Shown: one piece after another, positions 23,750 through 37,441 of the stretch
Numbering within the stretch: the stretch's first letter is position 1
Layout of the letters: every line of letters begins with the position of its first letter
Assembly: GCA_951804945.1 (NCBI GenBank)
Contig: OX638161.1
Location: 26,598,001 to 26,662,000 of the forward strand
Length of the DNA stretch: 64,000 nt
Source of the DNA: Podarcis cretensis
Taxonomy: Eukaryota
Direction: 5' to 3'
Position numbers and translations under genes: made by a program
The notes under the pieces: model-generated
Told to the model about the DNA's origin: nothing
The model's input: only the letters and a program-made list of their open reading frames with translations
The model's database searches: none

Positions 23750-24340
23750 TCTTTTTATATATATGTTTATTAAATTTCCTGTTTTACAATTTAGAATACT
23801 CATTTAAACATCCTTAAAATATCAGTGACTTCCCTTCTTCGCTTTCCATGGTTCATATTGCATATCATAAATCCCTGCATATTTTACATAAAATAAACCA
23901 TTCAGTATTTCATGATTACATCCATCAAAACTTATTTACACTGTTGAATTTATCTTAATGCTGCCGACCTTTTCAAGTGTACACAATTTCCCCCATATAT
24001 TCAATATATTCAATAAACATTTTCCAATCTTCTCTAAACGGATGTTCTTCTTGTTTTCTTATTCTATATGTTAACTCTGCGAGTTGCACATAATCTGTCT
24101 AAGTTGCCATTCTTCTTTAGTTGGGTCCTCTCTTGTTTTCCATTTTGGGGCTAACAAAACACGGGCCGCAGTAGTAGGATACATAAATAACATTTTTTGA
24201 CACCTGGGAATTTCCATCTGAATTATCCCCAACAAAAAGGACTCTTTTTTTTGGGGGGGGGGGAGTACTTTTAAACATTTTTTTCAATTCATTATGGATT
24301 ATTATGGATTGAATGACAATGAATCCATAACCGCAGAGGG
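23750..24340 (-). mobile_element. L1-type LINE 3' fragment
   Basis: Minus strand reads NELKKMFK...YATTAARVLLA..WK...PTKEEWQL, like the 10 kb copy; T-rich tail. Confidence 0.75.
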
Positions 24341-25427
24341 GCCTTCTCAATGCAATTCAGAAATAGAAACACCTAATCCCGTTCCTTCGTCCTTTTAATC
24401 CAGTCAGTTATCTTGGTGATTTGTACTGTCTGTACGTATTAAGCCAATAAAAGTTTTATCCTTAGGTCAAACATTTTGAAAGCCAGATCTACCTCAGCTG
24501 AGGCGATACTTGGGATTTTGCTGTCTCAGTTTCTCAGGAGAGACAAGCAAAACAAAGACAAAAAAACCCAAAACCTTTTATGTGTAGGCTCCTCTATAAA
24601 ATAATAGACCTCCTTAGTCAGCAATTAATTAGCTGGGAGAATGATGCAACATGAATACTGCAGAAATGTCTGGACTTGGCAGTGAATTTTGTGAGTTTCT
24701 GAGCAGTAACTTCAGAACAGATTCCAGACCGTCTGGAATTCATGTGAGGCCCCAAACGTACGGTTTCCTGTTTCCCCCCGCTGCTGCAGCATGCATGCAT
24801 GTGTGGGAGCTTTGATGACTGGACATCTCCCCCTACTCGGGGAAAAAATGCCACAGAGCTGGCTCTCTGCCTCTGCATGAGCTGTTGCCATCACGTGATA
24901 CCAGGGCCTCTCTTTCACATTGCACATATTTCAGATTTCCAAAATACTGCTGATGTCCAGTTTGTCCAAACTACTGAAATGAACCAGTTAATGGGGCAGC
25001 ATGCACCCCATTCTTTCCTCTGTGAATTCCTCCTCTTCAGTTGCAACTCCCTTGACTCCATCGTCCTTGACTTGGGACATGGCACTCCATGTTCTGGTAA
25101 CTTCCAGACTGGATTATTGTAGGGTGCTCAGACCTGGGGCTGCCCTTGAAGATGACCCAGAAACTTCAGCTTATCCAAAATGCAACAGCCAGATTATTGG
25201 CTTTAGAACTCATAATAATCCTTGTTCCAAAACAGCTGCATTGGCTGCTTGTTAGTTGCAGGCCGCATTCAAGGTGTTCACAATAGTGTGCGGCTTTTGA
25301 CGAATGCTGAAGACACACCTCTTTGGCACCTGAGATAGGTGTTTTCAGAATTCACCCTATTATTGTGAATGTAACACGTTTTAACATTTTTCTTGTGATA
25401 ACCATCTGGCACCTGTTGGTTAAGGTG

Positions 25428-25429
<2 letters not shown>

Positions 25430-25473
<44 letters not shown>

Positions 25474-25628
25474 CTCCTGGAGCTTCATGCATACGCTTCA
25501 ACATTTCTCTGATGAAAATAGGGATGTCCTGTTCAATACTAATACTAATACTAATACTAATACTAATACTAATACTAATGCTAATGCTAATGCTAATGCT
25601 AATGCTAATGCTAATGCTAATACTAATA
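25430..25628. repeat. (AAT)n and compound (TACTAA)n/(TGCTAA)n microsatellites
   Basis: Seen directly. Confidence 0.9.
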
Positions 25629-27042
25629 TTTATTCCCAGCCCTTCTGATTGGGTTGCCCCAGCCACTCAGGGGCGGCTTCCAACATATTTAAAAACATAA
25701 TAAAACGTTAAATATTTAAAAGCTTGTCTATACAGGGCTGCCTTCAGATGTCTTCTTAGTATAGTTACTTCTTGGCTCAGGGGTCGCATAACTCCATGCC
25801 CTCCAACATTACTCCAATGAAAACATGGACATCCTGCCCTACCCTCCAACATTTTTCCAATGAAAATAAGAAAATTGGGACATTCTGGAACCAAACCAGA
25901 AACTGGGATGGCTTCTGTAAGTCCGGGACAGTCCCTGGAAAATAGGGACACTTGGAGGGTCTGTTCATGTTTCCTGCTGCTTAACTGGGATGTTCACTCT
26001 TCTTTTTCACCTGCTACTAGGCTGGAAGCTACTTGAACCTTATAACGGCACAACCTGCTTTCTATCGCCAGTTGCCAGTTGCCAGTTGCCTTGAATTGGT
26101 TTTGGCCCTGGGGCTCCTAGGTGCTTGACCCCTATAGTAAAGCAATGCAGAGAAACATCTGGATGTTATTTTCCTATGACTATGACTCCCCAGCTGGAAC
26201 CAGAACATACCTGCCCAAACCTGATTTGTATTTTCTGTGCGGTGCAGAGCACATAAACAGGCTCTCAAACATAGACTCCATTGGATGACCTTGCACCAGA
26301 TTGTCTATAAGCCTTTCCACAGAGGAATGTGGCCCAGTCAGTCAATGCAGGTGAAAGCTTAAGAATGGATTAACTCTTTCTGTTTGTCATGGTTTAAATG
26401 CCTGGTGCCTGTTTTCATCCCCAGTGTCTGATCTGATTATTTTATGCAAAAGGGGAAGTGATGCTTCGCATTGGATCAACTCGTGTATTGCAAGCATATA
26501 CACGCTTGTAGGTTCAACCTTCCCAAATGTTTGGTACTCTCCACGCATTATGATTGCACCTTACATGTGATTAATTTGTGCGACTTCAACCTCATGTACT
26601 TGAAAGCTGGCTGGTTGAAATCCCACAAGTTAATTGCCCACAAGGCAGAGATCTTAAAAGCTCCCTTTGCTCTGAGTTTCCCCAGCTTGGAAATAGCTTT
26701 TAAACTTTCAGAGTTGCTTACCAGGCTCTGGGAGGCTCTCGTGAGATTTTGTGGGGACTCAAACAGAGCCTCCTAGAGACTGGTAAGCAAGGCAAGGTTA
26801 GCCATGTGGGGGCAGTTCCAAGGGGGTGGTACAGGTATACACATTTTTGCCTGCATGCACCACCCTCTGAACACAACCCCAGTGCAAAACATGTTCCTTT
26901 TCTCGTGCATACATTGCATGAGGTCGAAATTTCCCATGTGCAGGGTAGGCAGGAAGAAATGTGTCTGACGATAACAAAATTTGGGTTCACCCTTTGAATG
27001 GCAGCTTTAGCAAAAGTGGTACTAGACTACTTGTCAAGGGTA

Positions 27043-27399
27043 AAGGTAAAGGGTAAAGGGACCCCTGACGATTAGGTCCAGTCGTGACCGACTCTGGGGT
27101 TGCGGCGCTCATCTCGCTTTATTGGCCGAGGGAGCCGGCATACAGCTTCCGGGTCATGTGGCCAGCATGACTAAGCCGCTTCTGGCGAACCAGAGCAGCA
27201 CACGGAAACGCCGTTTACCTTTCCGCTGGAGTGGTACCTATTTATCTACTTGCACTTTGACGTGCTTTTGAACTGCTAGATTGGCAGGAGCAGGGACCGA
27301 GCAACGGGAGCTCACCCCGTCGTGGGGATTCGAACCGCTGACCTTCTGATTGGCAAGTCCTAGGCTCTGTGGTTTAACCCACAGCGTCACCCGCGTCCC
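27043..27399 (-). mobile_element. Sauria SINE
   Basis: Full length; TSD CTTGTCAAGGGTA. Confidence 0.9.
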
Positions 27400-29814
27400 T
27401 GCTTGTCAAGGGTACAGCCATGCAAATAAGCTCCCAGAGAGGGTGCAAAGCAGAGGTGTGTAGGTGAGGTGGGGTGTTGCCTGCGGGGAGTTGAAAGAGC
27501 CAGATAGAGAGGTCTGGAAGGGAGCATTTGGTTCCCCATCCCTGAATCATTATATGTTGTATTCTGGAAATGAGGTTTTCGATCTATTCCCTGATGAGCC
27601 TGGCTTCAAATTAAACCTAATGCAGGGAGGAAAAGAAGGGTGAGTGTGATATACAGCAATCTGTTTCAAATACTTTGAATTTGCCCCCCTCCTCCAATAT
27701 AGCTTATTGGGCCCCCGAGTTCACCCCAATAAGCTGTTCCATACGTCCTTGTGAGATCTTTGCTCCTGCAGCCCATGGCTATGTAAAAGGATCTGTGGCA
27801 CAATAACCCTACGCTGGGGCAACGAGAAGAAGAAGCGGAGCTGTGCATCCCCGATGGCTCTCCTGTCTTGGCCAATGAGACTGGGAGAGAGGCGTATCCC
27901 GTGTCAGGAGGGATCCTATTTTTCCCTGGATTGTTGCGTCATGGCCTGCCAGGGCCCGCCCCACGGTTTGCAAACTACAAAGGAGACTGGAGAGGGAATA
28001 TCCTGGAACGACCTTAAAAGGCAGCTCGCCCCTGTTGTGTCTTGTCCACCTTTCCAGAACTGCCTCCAGGCAAAACATTCCTTCCGACCAGATTTTCTTC
28101 TCTGAGATTCCTCCATTCGCAATCACTGCAATTTGTAGGGGTGGTGGCGGAATATCTTGCAGAAATAAGCTAGAGATGATTGTTGTCAGGTCCGAAGGAT
28201 GAGTTCAGGGTTGCAACACTTGGCTAAGCCGGTCCTGGAAGTCAACATACATTATTTCATCCCATGGCCTTAGCCTTGAGAAGTTGGGCGGGTTGGTGGT
28301 TGGCAATGCTTGCTCCATTGTACTTGGTGGCAGAAAGCTCACTGATTGCAATCTGTGCCCGACTATGCCCTTTGTTTCTCTGGAGCTGAGGGCATGCTTG
28401 GCCCACTTCACACCAAGTTGGTGTGGCCATCCATTAAGAGTAGAGAACCTTTACCTGCCTAAGGGGGGCATTCACTCATGGGAAATGCCAATATTGGATG
28501 GGGCCAGAGGCAACAGCGAAGCAGCAACAGGTGTGAATCTTATCTTTGTACAGGAGTTCACATTCAGTCAGATTACGGTGCTTCTTTTTTCCTCTGGGCC
28601 ACTCAGAATAAAAATTGGTTCGTGGCACACCATTTTTTTTTTATTGATAAGAAATACAATAAACAGAAAGAAACAATTCCTAACAGTGCTTGATTTATAA
28701 CATAGATCACAACTTCCTTATAACAGGACCACGAGACAGCCAGAAAGTATAAAACAATGCAGCTACACAAGAACACGAATCATTCCCAAAATATACACGC
28801 CTCTTACATACCCACCTTAAGTATGTATACAGACTCGTTGGGAGGTGTGAGCTTGCTTTTGGTGGGTAATCTCACTTACACAGGGTTTAATTTGAGACAA
28901 ACAAACTCCAATTTCCTCATCAACGCAAAGAAGGCTTTCTTTTTTCCGATCTTCCATATTTGTCAGAGTTGAACTTACCTCACATGGTTGCTGTGAGAAT
29001 AAAATGGGGAGGTAAAGGAACTGTGTATGCTGCCATGAGTTCTTTGGAGAAAATGGTGAGATATAAATGCAATTATTATTGTTATTGAAGCGCTTGGCCC
29101 CAATCTCTGAGTGATGCAAGACTCCAGGCGCTTACCCAGGGTTTGTGTTTCCTTTTGGAAATGAGGCACAGCGGAGACTGTGGGGTCTATATGATATATG
29201 GTTTATTTACACACATATACAACCTGAGCCTGCAATGGAGGGGTTCACAGCATCAACACCCCCAAAGGGTCTTGTTTCTTCCATAGTTGCAGCCTTGGAT
29301 TCAAACAGACAGAAATCAACATGGCTCTCAAATGTTGCTCTGACTCTCTCTCCAGCTTGCTGCTTTACTTCTAGGTTCCTCTCAACTCTCACCTTTGCCT
29401 TTTTCTCACTACCACACACCCATCTGCCAACACCGAAGCTAGCCTGGCTTATATTTTAACACTTGCTGGGTCCAGGGGTTAGAAGGATCTCTGCATACAG
29501 CCTACTTTCCCCCCACCCCAAACTCATAACATTATTACAGTATTAATCCGGAATGTGGATGGAGACATGCATCAAAATGTGCCTCCAATGAAGGCTTTGC
29601 AGCCACACTTTGATGCACGGTGAGTTATGCATCTGACTTAACACTGGTTCTCAGTTCAGCAATACTCAGAAGCCTCTTTCCACAATGACCTCCTTACTTG
29701 GGGGAAGAGTCTGGTTTAGTAGGACTGGCTGGCTGATAGCTGCTGCAGCCTCTCTCTGCTGGAGATGAAAGGGCTCTGCTTGAATAGGGATGCTGTGGTG
29801 GGTGTCTTATGGCA

Positions 29815-30189
29815 GGGACGTGGGTGGTGCTGTGGTCTAAACCACTGTGCCTTTTGGGCTTGCTGACTGGAAGGCTGGCAGTTCAAATCCCCATGATGGG
29901 GTGAGTTCCTGTTGCTCTGTCCCAGCCCCTGCCAACCTAGCAGCTCAAAAGCACACCAGTGCAAGTAAATAAATAAATACCACTGCAGTGGGAAGGTAAA
30001 TGGCGTTTCTGTGCACTCTGGCTTCCGTCATGGTGTTCCGTTGCGCTAGAAGCGGTTTAGTCATGCTGGCCGCATGACTCAGAAAACTATCTGTGGACAA
30101 ACGCCAGCTCCCTTGGCCTGAAAACGAGATGAGCACCGCAACCCCATAGTCACCTTTGACTGGACTTAACTGTCCAGGGTCCTTTACCC
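29815..30189 (+). mobile_element. Sauria SINE
   Basis: GGGACG head, B box, CCTTTACC tail. Confidence 0.85.
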
Positions 30190-30439
30190 TACGGCAAGGA
30201 AAGGCAGACTTCAGGTTTGCGGAATCTGTACCCTAAGATTCACCATCCAGAACCAGGTGCAAAAGTGGCACGCTTATCATTAAATTCTAAACCCTGGAAT
30301 GGTTTTTGAGCACCAGAACAACAGAGCTCACAGCCCTTCTGCACAGAAATCCAGTCCTAGCTACCCTTCATTCTGCTATAATCTAGTGAATCAGTTGTCA
30401 GTATTAAATAACCGAGAGTCCAAAATATTTGCTGATCTA

Positions 30440-31230
30440 CTTCAAAGAGAGGAGATATGATAGCCATCTTCAAATATCTGAAGAGCTGTCACAAGGAGGA
30501 TGGAGCAAGCTTGTTTTCTCCTGCTCCGGAGGGTAGGACTCCGACCAATGGATTCAAGTTACAACAAAGGAGATTCTGACTTGAACACCATGAAGAACTT
30601 TAAAATAATTTTACATTTTTTGAAACTTTCCAACATAAGGTAAAGGGACCCCTGACCATTAGGTCCAGTCATGGCTGACTCTGGGGTTGCGGCGCTCATC
30701 TCGCTTTATTGGCCAAGGGAGCTGGCGTACAGCTTCCGGGTCATGTGGTCAGCATGACTAAGCTGCTTCTGGCAAACCAGAGCAGCGCACGAAAATGCCA
30801 TTTACCTTTCCGCTGGAGCGGTACCTATTTATCTACTTGCACTTTGACGTGCTTTTGAACTGCTAGGTTGGCAGGAGCAGGGACCGAGCAACGGGAGCTC
30901 ACCCCATTGCGGGGATTCGAACCGCCGACCTTCTGATCGGCAAGTCCTAGGCTTTGTGGTTTAACCCACAGCACCGCCCGCGTCCCTATAACTTTCCAAC
31001 ATACAATACAGTAAAAACCAAACTGATCCAAATAAGAATTTTCTGAGTAAGAGCTTTTTGACAGTGGAACGGACTGCCTTTGGAAGTTGTGGACTCTACT
31101 TCATTGAAGGTATCTAAACAGAGGTTGGATGGCCATCTGTCATGGATGCTTTAGTTGAGATTCCTACATTGAGGGGGGTGGTTTGAACTAGATGACCCTC
31201 AGGGTCCCTTCCAACTCTTCAATTCTATGA
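30440..31230 (+). mobile_element. CR1 LINE 3' fragment with nested insertions
   Basis: RGDMIAIFKYLK.CH segment and GGTCCCTTCCAAC...TTCTATGA terminus. Confidence 0.75.
30638..30986 (-). mobile_element. Sauria SINE nested in the CR1 fragment
   Basis: TSD AACTTTCCAACATA. Confidence 0.9.
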
Positions 31231-31699
31231 GATCACTCAGATTTCTCCCAGTAAATCCTGATTACCTCCCTGATGCATGTGTGTGTAATGGGACACCCTG
31301 ATGACACACCCTGCTTCCTCCTTTAGAACCTCAAAAGAACATTTACCTTCATAGTGGAAAGTCTCCTGAAGTGGTGGTGGTGGGAGCTGGATGCCCTTCT
31401 TTGCTTGCCTCCAGCTCAGTCTCCACTACCAGCATGCTACTTGGAGATGCTCAACAGAATGTGAGAAAATCATTCTGCTCAGCTTTTTGCTTCCTGAAGC
31501 AGTCATTCATCATCTTCCAAATCCTCCAGTTCCATGTGCACAGCCTGGTAATTTCCTCCATTTTTTTACCCCCGTTAATGCAAGAGTAGCAGAATCACAG
31601 CTAAGAAGCTCAAATCATATATCTGACTGGCACCTTTCTTTGGGAATTAAATCAATGTCCAGACATTAACATTCAAAAAATTTACTTGTGGAAACCTAT

Positions 31700-32443
31700 T
31701 TGTTGTTGTTGTTTAGTTGTATCCGACTCTTCGTGACCCCATGGACCAGAGCACACCAGGCACTCCTTTCTTCCACTGCCTCCCATAGCTTGGCAAACAC
31801 ATGTTCGTAGCTTCGAGAACACTGTCCAACCATCTCGTCCTCTGTCGTCCCCTTCTCCTTGTGCCCTCCATCTTTCTCAACATCAGGGTCTTTTCCAGGG
31901 GGTCTTCTCTTCTCATGAGGTGGCCAAAGTATTGGAGCCTCAGCTTCAGGATCTGTCCTTCCAGTGAGCACTCAGGACTGATTTCCTTCAGAATGGAGAG
32001 GTTTGATCTTCTTGCAGTCCATGGGACTCTCAAGAGTCTCCTCCAGCACCATAATTCAAAAGCATCAACTCTTCAGCCTACTTTATGGTCCAGCTCTCAC
32101 TTCCATACATCACTACTGGGAAAACCATAGCTTTAACTTTGTTGGCAAGGTGATGTCTCTGCTTTTTAAGATGCTGTCTAGGTTTGTCATTGCTTTTCTC
32201 CCAAGAAGCAGGCGTCTTTTAATTTCGTGGCTGCTGTCACCATCTGCAGTGATCATGGAGCCCAAGAAAGTAAAATCTCTCACTGCCCCCATTTCTTTCC
32301 CTTCTATTTGCCAGGAGGTGATGGGACCAGTGGCCATGATCTTCATTTTTTTTGATGTTGAGCTTCAGACCATATTTTGCGCTCTCCTCTTTCACCCTCA
32401 ATAAAAGGTTCTTTAATTCCTCCTCACTTTCTGCCATCAAGTG
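31700..32443 (-). mobile_element. BovB (RTE clade) LINE, 5'-truncated
   Basis: MAESEEELKNLL...DFTFLGSMITADGDSSHEIKRRLLLGRKAM...RVPWTARRSN...QYFGHLMRR...RRRGRQRTRWLD; (AAC)n tail; TSD G.GGAAACCTAT. Confidence 0.92.
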
Positions 32444-34231
32444 GCGGAAACCTATAGATGAATTCAAACATAATATTTACAGTTGCATGCTTTTCCAAGC
32501 ATGGGCCTTCGGTCTCTTCTTCTAAAGTCCAAGCAACTTATTTCCCTCCCTTTCCAGAGCTCAGCACACAGCCTTCTGTATCTCAGTTAGGCCATGCCTT
32601 GCAGCTCCTATGAGGGATTTCCACTTTTACCTTCTCCTGCAGCTTTGCTCTCTTTCTTTCAAGTAGAGAAGACGCACTGCAAAACTTTATTCAATTTAGC
32701 AGTGCTCCTAATCGCATGAGAACTAGAGAACGCTCTAGAATTCAGTTACCAACCAACCAAATGTAAAGACATAGTAATGCATACAAGCATTTGCAATTTC
32801 AGTGAATTAAATTACTAAATACCCCTGACCTGTACAGCTTGAGGGTCCCATCTTCACCTCCCTTCATCAGCAGAGACCTACTCCTGCCTTTTCCGCAGGA
32901 AAACCCATTTAATAGGGACAGTGTCATAGTACCATCAAAAGAACCATCAGCGTATATGGCACTTTGCAAAGGAACATCTAAGGAACAAACAGCTTTCTGC
33001 CCCAAAGCACTTACAGTCTCAATTTCTATGGTGGAGGAAATAACAAATGCCAGGGAAGAAAAAGAAAGCACTCCTATGTATTCTTGAACTGCCCCATTGA
33101 AAGCTATTGCTTTGCTTTAGGGCTACTTTGATGTGTGTAGGTTGTGGCTGTTTATTTTGACTAGTGTCTTTAGCGTGTCACAATTACAAAGATGTAGGGT
33201 ATGTTCACATTACCACTAATTCTGCCTCCAGCATTAGCCACGATCCATATCGATTCTGTAGTTTGTTGGCAAACACTGCTGTTTGGTGTGTCCCCCGCAC
33301 CAGTTTCAGTACAGCTAGAAAACCAAATGCAGAGGAAAAAGTGAAGCAAAATTTGAGACAGCTGTTGCACATGTGCAGATGACAAGTTTGTGAATAGGAG
33401 TTTCAGTAGTAGGGGGGTTGTAGGGGCAGGGAAACCAAAATGGTGTTGTGTGCTGGGCAAAGACATTCTTCTGATGTGAACAACACAGTGCTTAAAATGC
33501 AGTTTGTGGGGGAAATGACCTTGGTGTTTTAAGCTTCTAATGTGAGCATACCCGTATTTTGGAATGTGTTGCCGAAACTGCTATGGCCAGGGATTTTTCC
33601 ATATTCTTTCTTCCATATTCAGAACGCCACTTTGTGGAAAAACCCACGGAACATTCCGGGCACTGGAAAATTCCACATACCTGTGCTGATGTTTCCAATA
33701 CCCTGCCTGCCTCTATTCACCAAGCTCTACTATCTTGAAATGTCTGCATTTTTTCTTGTGATCTGTCCTCACTTTCAGCATTCTTCCACTGAGCTCTTAA
33801 CTTGGGTGTGGGCCAAGAATGGCTTTCAGGAAAAATATATATCGTGCATTTGAATTCTGAAGAGAGCAAAATCCTGGAACGTTAACAGTTTGGAGTGGGG
33901 GTGGGGAATCAACTTATTGCAAGAGCTTTCTATCTACTTTTTATGGTTTTAATAAAGCAAGATACATGCTGCCTCAGTCATGAAATCTCTCTCCTTCCTT
34001 ACACCCAGCCACCCTCCCTGACTGGGGAACATTGTGACTTCATGAGTGCGGCGGGGGGTGGGGTGGGCTGGTGGGAGGACAAGGCTTTGCTGTGTGCCAA
34101 TCTTATGGTTCTGAATTCAAACTCAAATATGCTCCATGATCTTGTATGAAAAAGGGATTGGGGCTCCAAGCACCCCCCCGGCAATGTTTTATTGCAGATG
34201 TATTCTGCAACATGTTTTCCCCTTCCAAATA

Positions 34232-34477
34232 CAGCCATACTTTGGTTTTTGAATGCATGCCTTGTGACTCAAATGTCTTGGCTCCCGAATGCCGCAAACC
34301 TGGAAGTGAGTGTTCCGGTTTGCAAATTTTTTTCCGGAAGCCGAACGTCTGAATTGGCTTCTAATTGAGTGCAGGAAGCTCCTGCAGCCTGTCGGAAGCC
34401 GTGCCTTGGTTTTCCAATGTTTTTGGAAGTCGAACGGACTTCTGGAACAGATTTGTTCAAGAACCAAGGTATGACTG
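34232..34477. mobile_element. Tc1/mariner-type MITE, family B
   Basis: Degenerate TIRs, TA flanks, similar to 3498-3738. Confidence 0.75.
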
Positions 34478-35899
34478 TACTTTTTATTGTTTTTTTTCCA
34501 GCTGCATATAAAATGAAGTGCATAAATTTTAAATACTGGAGTGACAGGGCCAAAGAAAAACAAGAAATGGTAAATAAAAGAAAAATGCAAAAAGCATTAA
34601 CATTGATGGAATATGCAAATTCTAACACTTATGACATGATGATGTGTGTGTGTGGGGGGGGAAAGAAATATCAAAACAAGCAGGTTGATTCAGGTGGCAT
34701 TAGATTACGTAACCCTCTCCAAAGTGATAGCTGAGCAATGGTGGGGGAATAATCGTTGAATGTTTGTTTGCATAACCTAGAAACAGGAACCAAACCACAT
34801 CAAAACGATCTGTCTTCAAAGTGCCACAGCCTTACTATATTATTATTAGTATTATTTATTAAATTTCTATACTGCCCTTCCTCTGAGGATCACAGGAAGG
34901 TTTACAATATAAAAACACAAAAATACATAACATACTAATGAACAAACACAATACCCACCCTCCAACTGCAAGAGTAGAGTGTTCAGCTCCTTAGTCTGCA
35001 CTGTGCTATATGCTTATAATAGTCCTATAATAAATGATGCTATAATAAAGGAGTTAGTCTCCTTTAGTAGCAGTTGTGCGAATCTGTCATGGTTTCTCCA
35101 TCCTACCATGTCATTGCTGTCCAGAGAAGGGTACAGCCTGTCCAGGAAACCTTGCCCAGAACATTTGTGGCATGAGAAGTTCCAGGATTTCAGCTGGAAG
35201 TTGCAAGATATGCATAGCTGTCAACTTACAGATTTGAAAATAAGGGATCAGCAGCCTCGAAAATAAGGGATCAACAATTACTTTGATAAAATACATATTT
35301 TGTTGCATGCAAATGGCTTTAGATACCTATTAGGTCCTATAAATTACCATATAGCATATATTCAACACAAAAAAACAGCAACAATTTGTTGTTGACAAAG
35401 CACAGCTGGACATAGAAAGGGCCCCATTACCTTCAGTAGCTTATTTAAGGGACATAATCAATAAAGGACAGCTGCGGGACATGGCCCTGGGATAAGGGAC
35501 TGTCCCGCCAAATAAGGGACGTTTGACAGCTATTACCTGAAAGTTCTCTTTCCAACCAAAGACACCTGACGGTCGGGGACTCTTGCGTGACAAGCTGCTT
35601 CCTCCAGCCTGTTCTTGCAGGACTGAACCTGCCAAGGGTTCCTTTCACATGGACTCCAGAGATTTTTGCACCCACTGTTCATATCTGGTTCTGGGATTGT
35701 AAGGGGCTGTTAGCAGGGAGACGGGAAAGGGACATTGCATCTTGGTTATCTTGGCATCCATCTGGCATTGACAAATTGGCCCGGGTCCAAACCTGATCAA
35801 TGGCTGTTGCAATGGCATTGCAAATCTGCCTCGGGGAGCTAGGACTACAGGGACATTTCCCTTTCCAAAACAAATGCCTTTCTTGTGAAGGACAGCGAG

Positions 35900-36025
35900 A
35901 TGATCCAATGTGGGAACGGCTAAGAGTTAGCCCTGCCCCTCAGCTTGCCTATATAAAGGGAGCTCTCCAGGACTGACCCTGCTGACTCTCCCACTCTGCA
36001 TTGCCTCCTGCGGCCAGAAAGAACC
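35900..36025 (+). promoter_or_regulatory. Keratin proximal promoter
   Basis: CCAAT at about 35905; TATATAAA at 35950-35957, about 70 nt upstream of ATG 36026 (context gaaccATGa). Confidence 0.75.
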
Positions 36026-36265
36026 ATGACTACTTACTCCAGCCGCAGCCAGTCCTTCTCTGGAGGGATCCAGGGTTCCCGAGGGGGGAGCCTGCGTAGC
36101 CTAGGCAGGTCTCCGACAGCATCGAGCATCTATGGGGGCACCCCCGCAAAGAACGGCCTGGCCTGGCGCTACGGGCAGAGCGGTGCGGAGGCGAACATCT
36201 TTGACATGAACGAAAAGGGCACCATGCAGAATCTGAACGACCGCCTGGCTGCCTATCTGGAAAGG
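36026..36265 (+). CDS. Type I (acidic) keratin, exon 1 (head and start of coil 1A); 9 coding exons give 410 aa; terminal, EIF1-adjacent member of the cluster
   Basis: Ser/Gly/Arg-rich head, then NEKGTMQNLNDRLAAYLER (type I helix-initiation motif); donor AGG|gtgagt. Orthology within the type I family cannot be fixed without a phylogeny. Confidence 0.93.
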
Positions 36266-37229
36266 GTGAGTAGCTGGAGTTCCCTAGCAGGGAAAATGGG
36301 TGCTGAGAACTGGCCTCAAGATACATGGGTGGTATAAATGCCCCTCAGGCTTCGCTTTCGGAAGCCAGAGGAAACAGGGGCAGGGCTTGATTTCTAAAGG
36401 GGACCCTGTTGCTCCTTCTGTGTTGGCAGCTGTGCCACAGAGCCGGCCCTGCCGTTGGCAGAGTGAGACATGTGCCTCGGGCAGCTGACTTTAGATGCAC
36501 GAAAGGGCAGGGAATTGCTACTTATTTTATTTAGATCATTACAGCTTCACACCCAGGGAGAAGAGCTCTTGTGGTGCTAAAACAACTTGGCCACTTTGCA
36601 CCTTGACTTAAGCATCATTTGCTGTTCTGCCTCAGGCAATAAAACAGCTTGGCTTGGGCTGGATCTGCTTCGCCATCTTCCCTGGAAGAAAACCCCAAAT
36701 TCACACACTCAGCATTCAGCAACCGTTTCAGAAATGTCAAACGTTTGCAAATGCAGTCCGTTCAACACTGTGAGATTCTTCAATAAATAACGGGGGGGGG
36801 GGGGGCATTATTTTGCCAAATGGAATTGCTTTATAACAAGTTTAGGCTCCCTACCATTCTCTAAATCCAACATAATGCATAACTGGAAAACTTGGGAAAA
36901 TAGGACTTATTCAGTTAGAAAGGCCAAGGACTGAACTGTTAGTGCAAAATGTTATTCCTTTATTGAGATCAGTACATTGCTGGAAGTACTTTTGGGGTTC
37001 TATCTATCAATGTTTAAATTTGTATATTGTCATATCTCCAGGACTCAGAGCAGTTACAACATAAACTGCTTGATTTCTGTGTTAGCTTGTACTTGATTTG
37101 GGGGTAGGATTTCCTGGACCCAGTGCATTCCACGTGGACCCCCCTCCCCAGACTACTGGCAAGAGCTGCTGCTAAATGTGCATATATTAGCTTAGATTAG
37201 CCTACCTTACAAGGCTGTTGTTATTTGTA

Positions 37230-37441
37230 CAATGGTACCTCGGGTTAAGAACTTAATTTGTTCTGGAGGTCCGTTCTTAACCTGAAACTGTTCTTAACTT
37301 GAGGTACCACTTTAGCTAATGGGGCCTCCCGCTGCCGCGCGATTTCTGTTCTCATCCTGAGGTAAAGTTCTTAACCCGAGGTACTATTTCTGGGTTAGCG
37401 GAGTCTGTAACCTGAAGCGTCTGTAACCTGAGGTGCCACTG
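37230..37441. mobile_element. MITE, family A
   Basis: TIRs and TA flanks. Confidence 0.82.

Noticed and set aside
25323-25700. ORFs with poly-N, IL/ML and IS repeats
   Set aside because: Translation of microsatellites.
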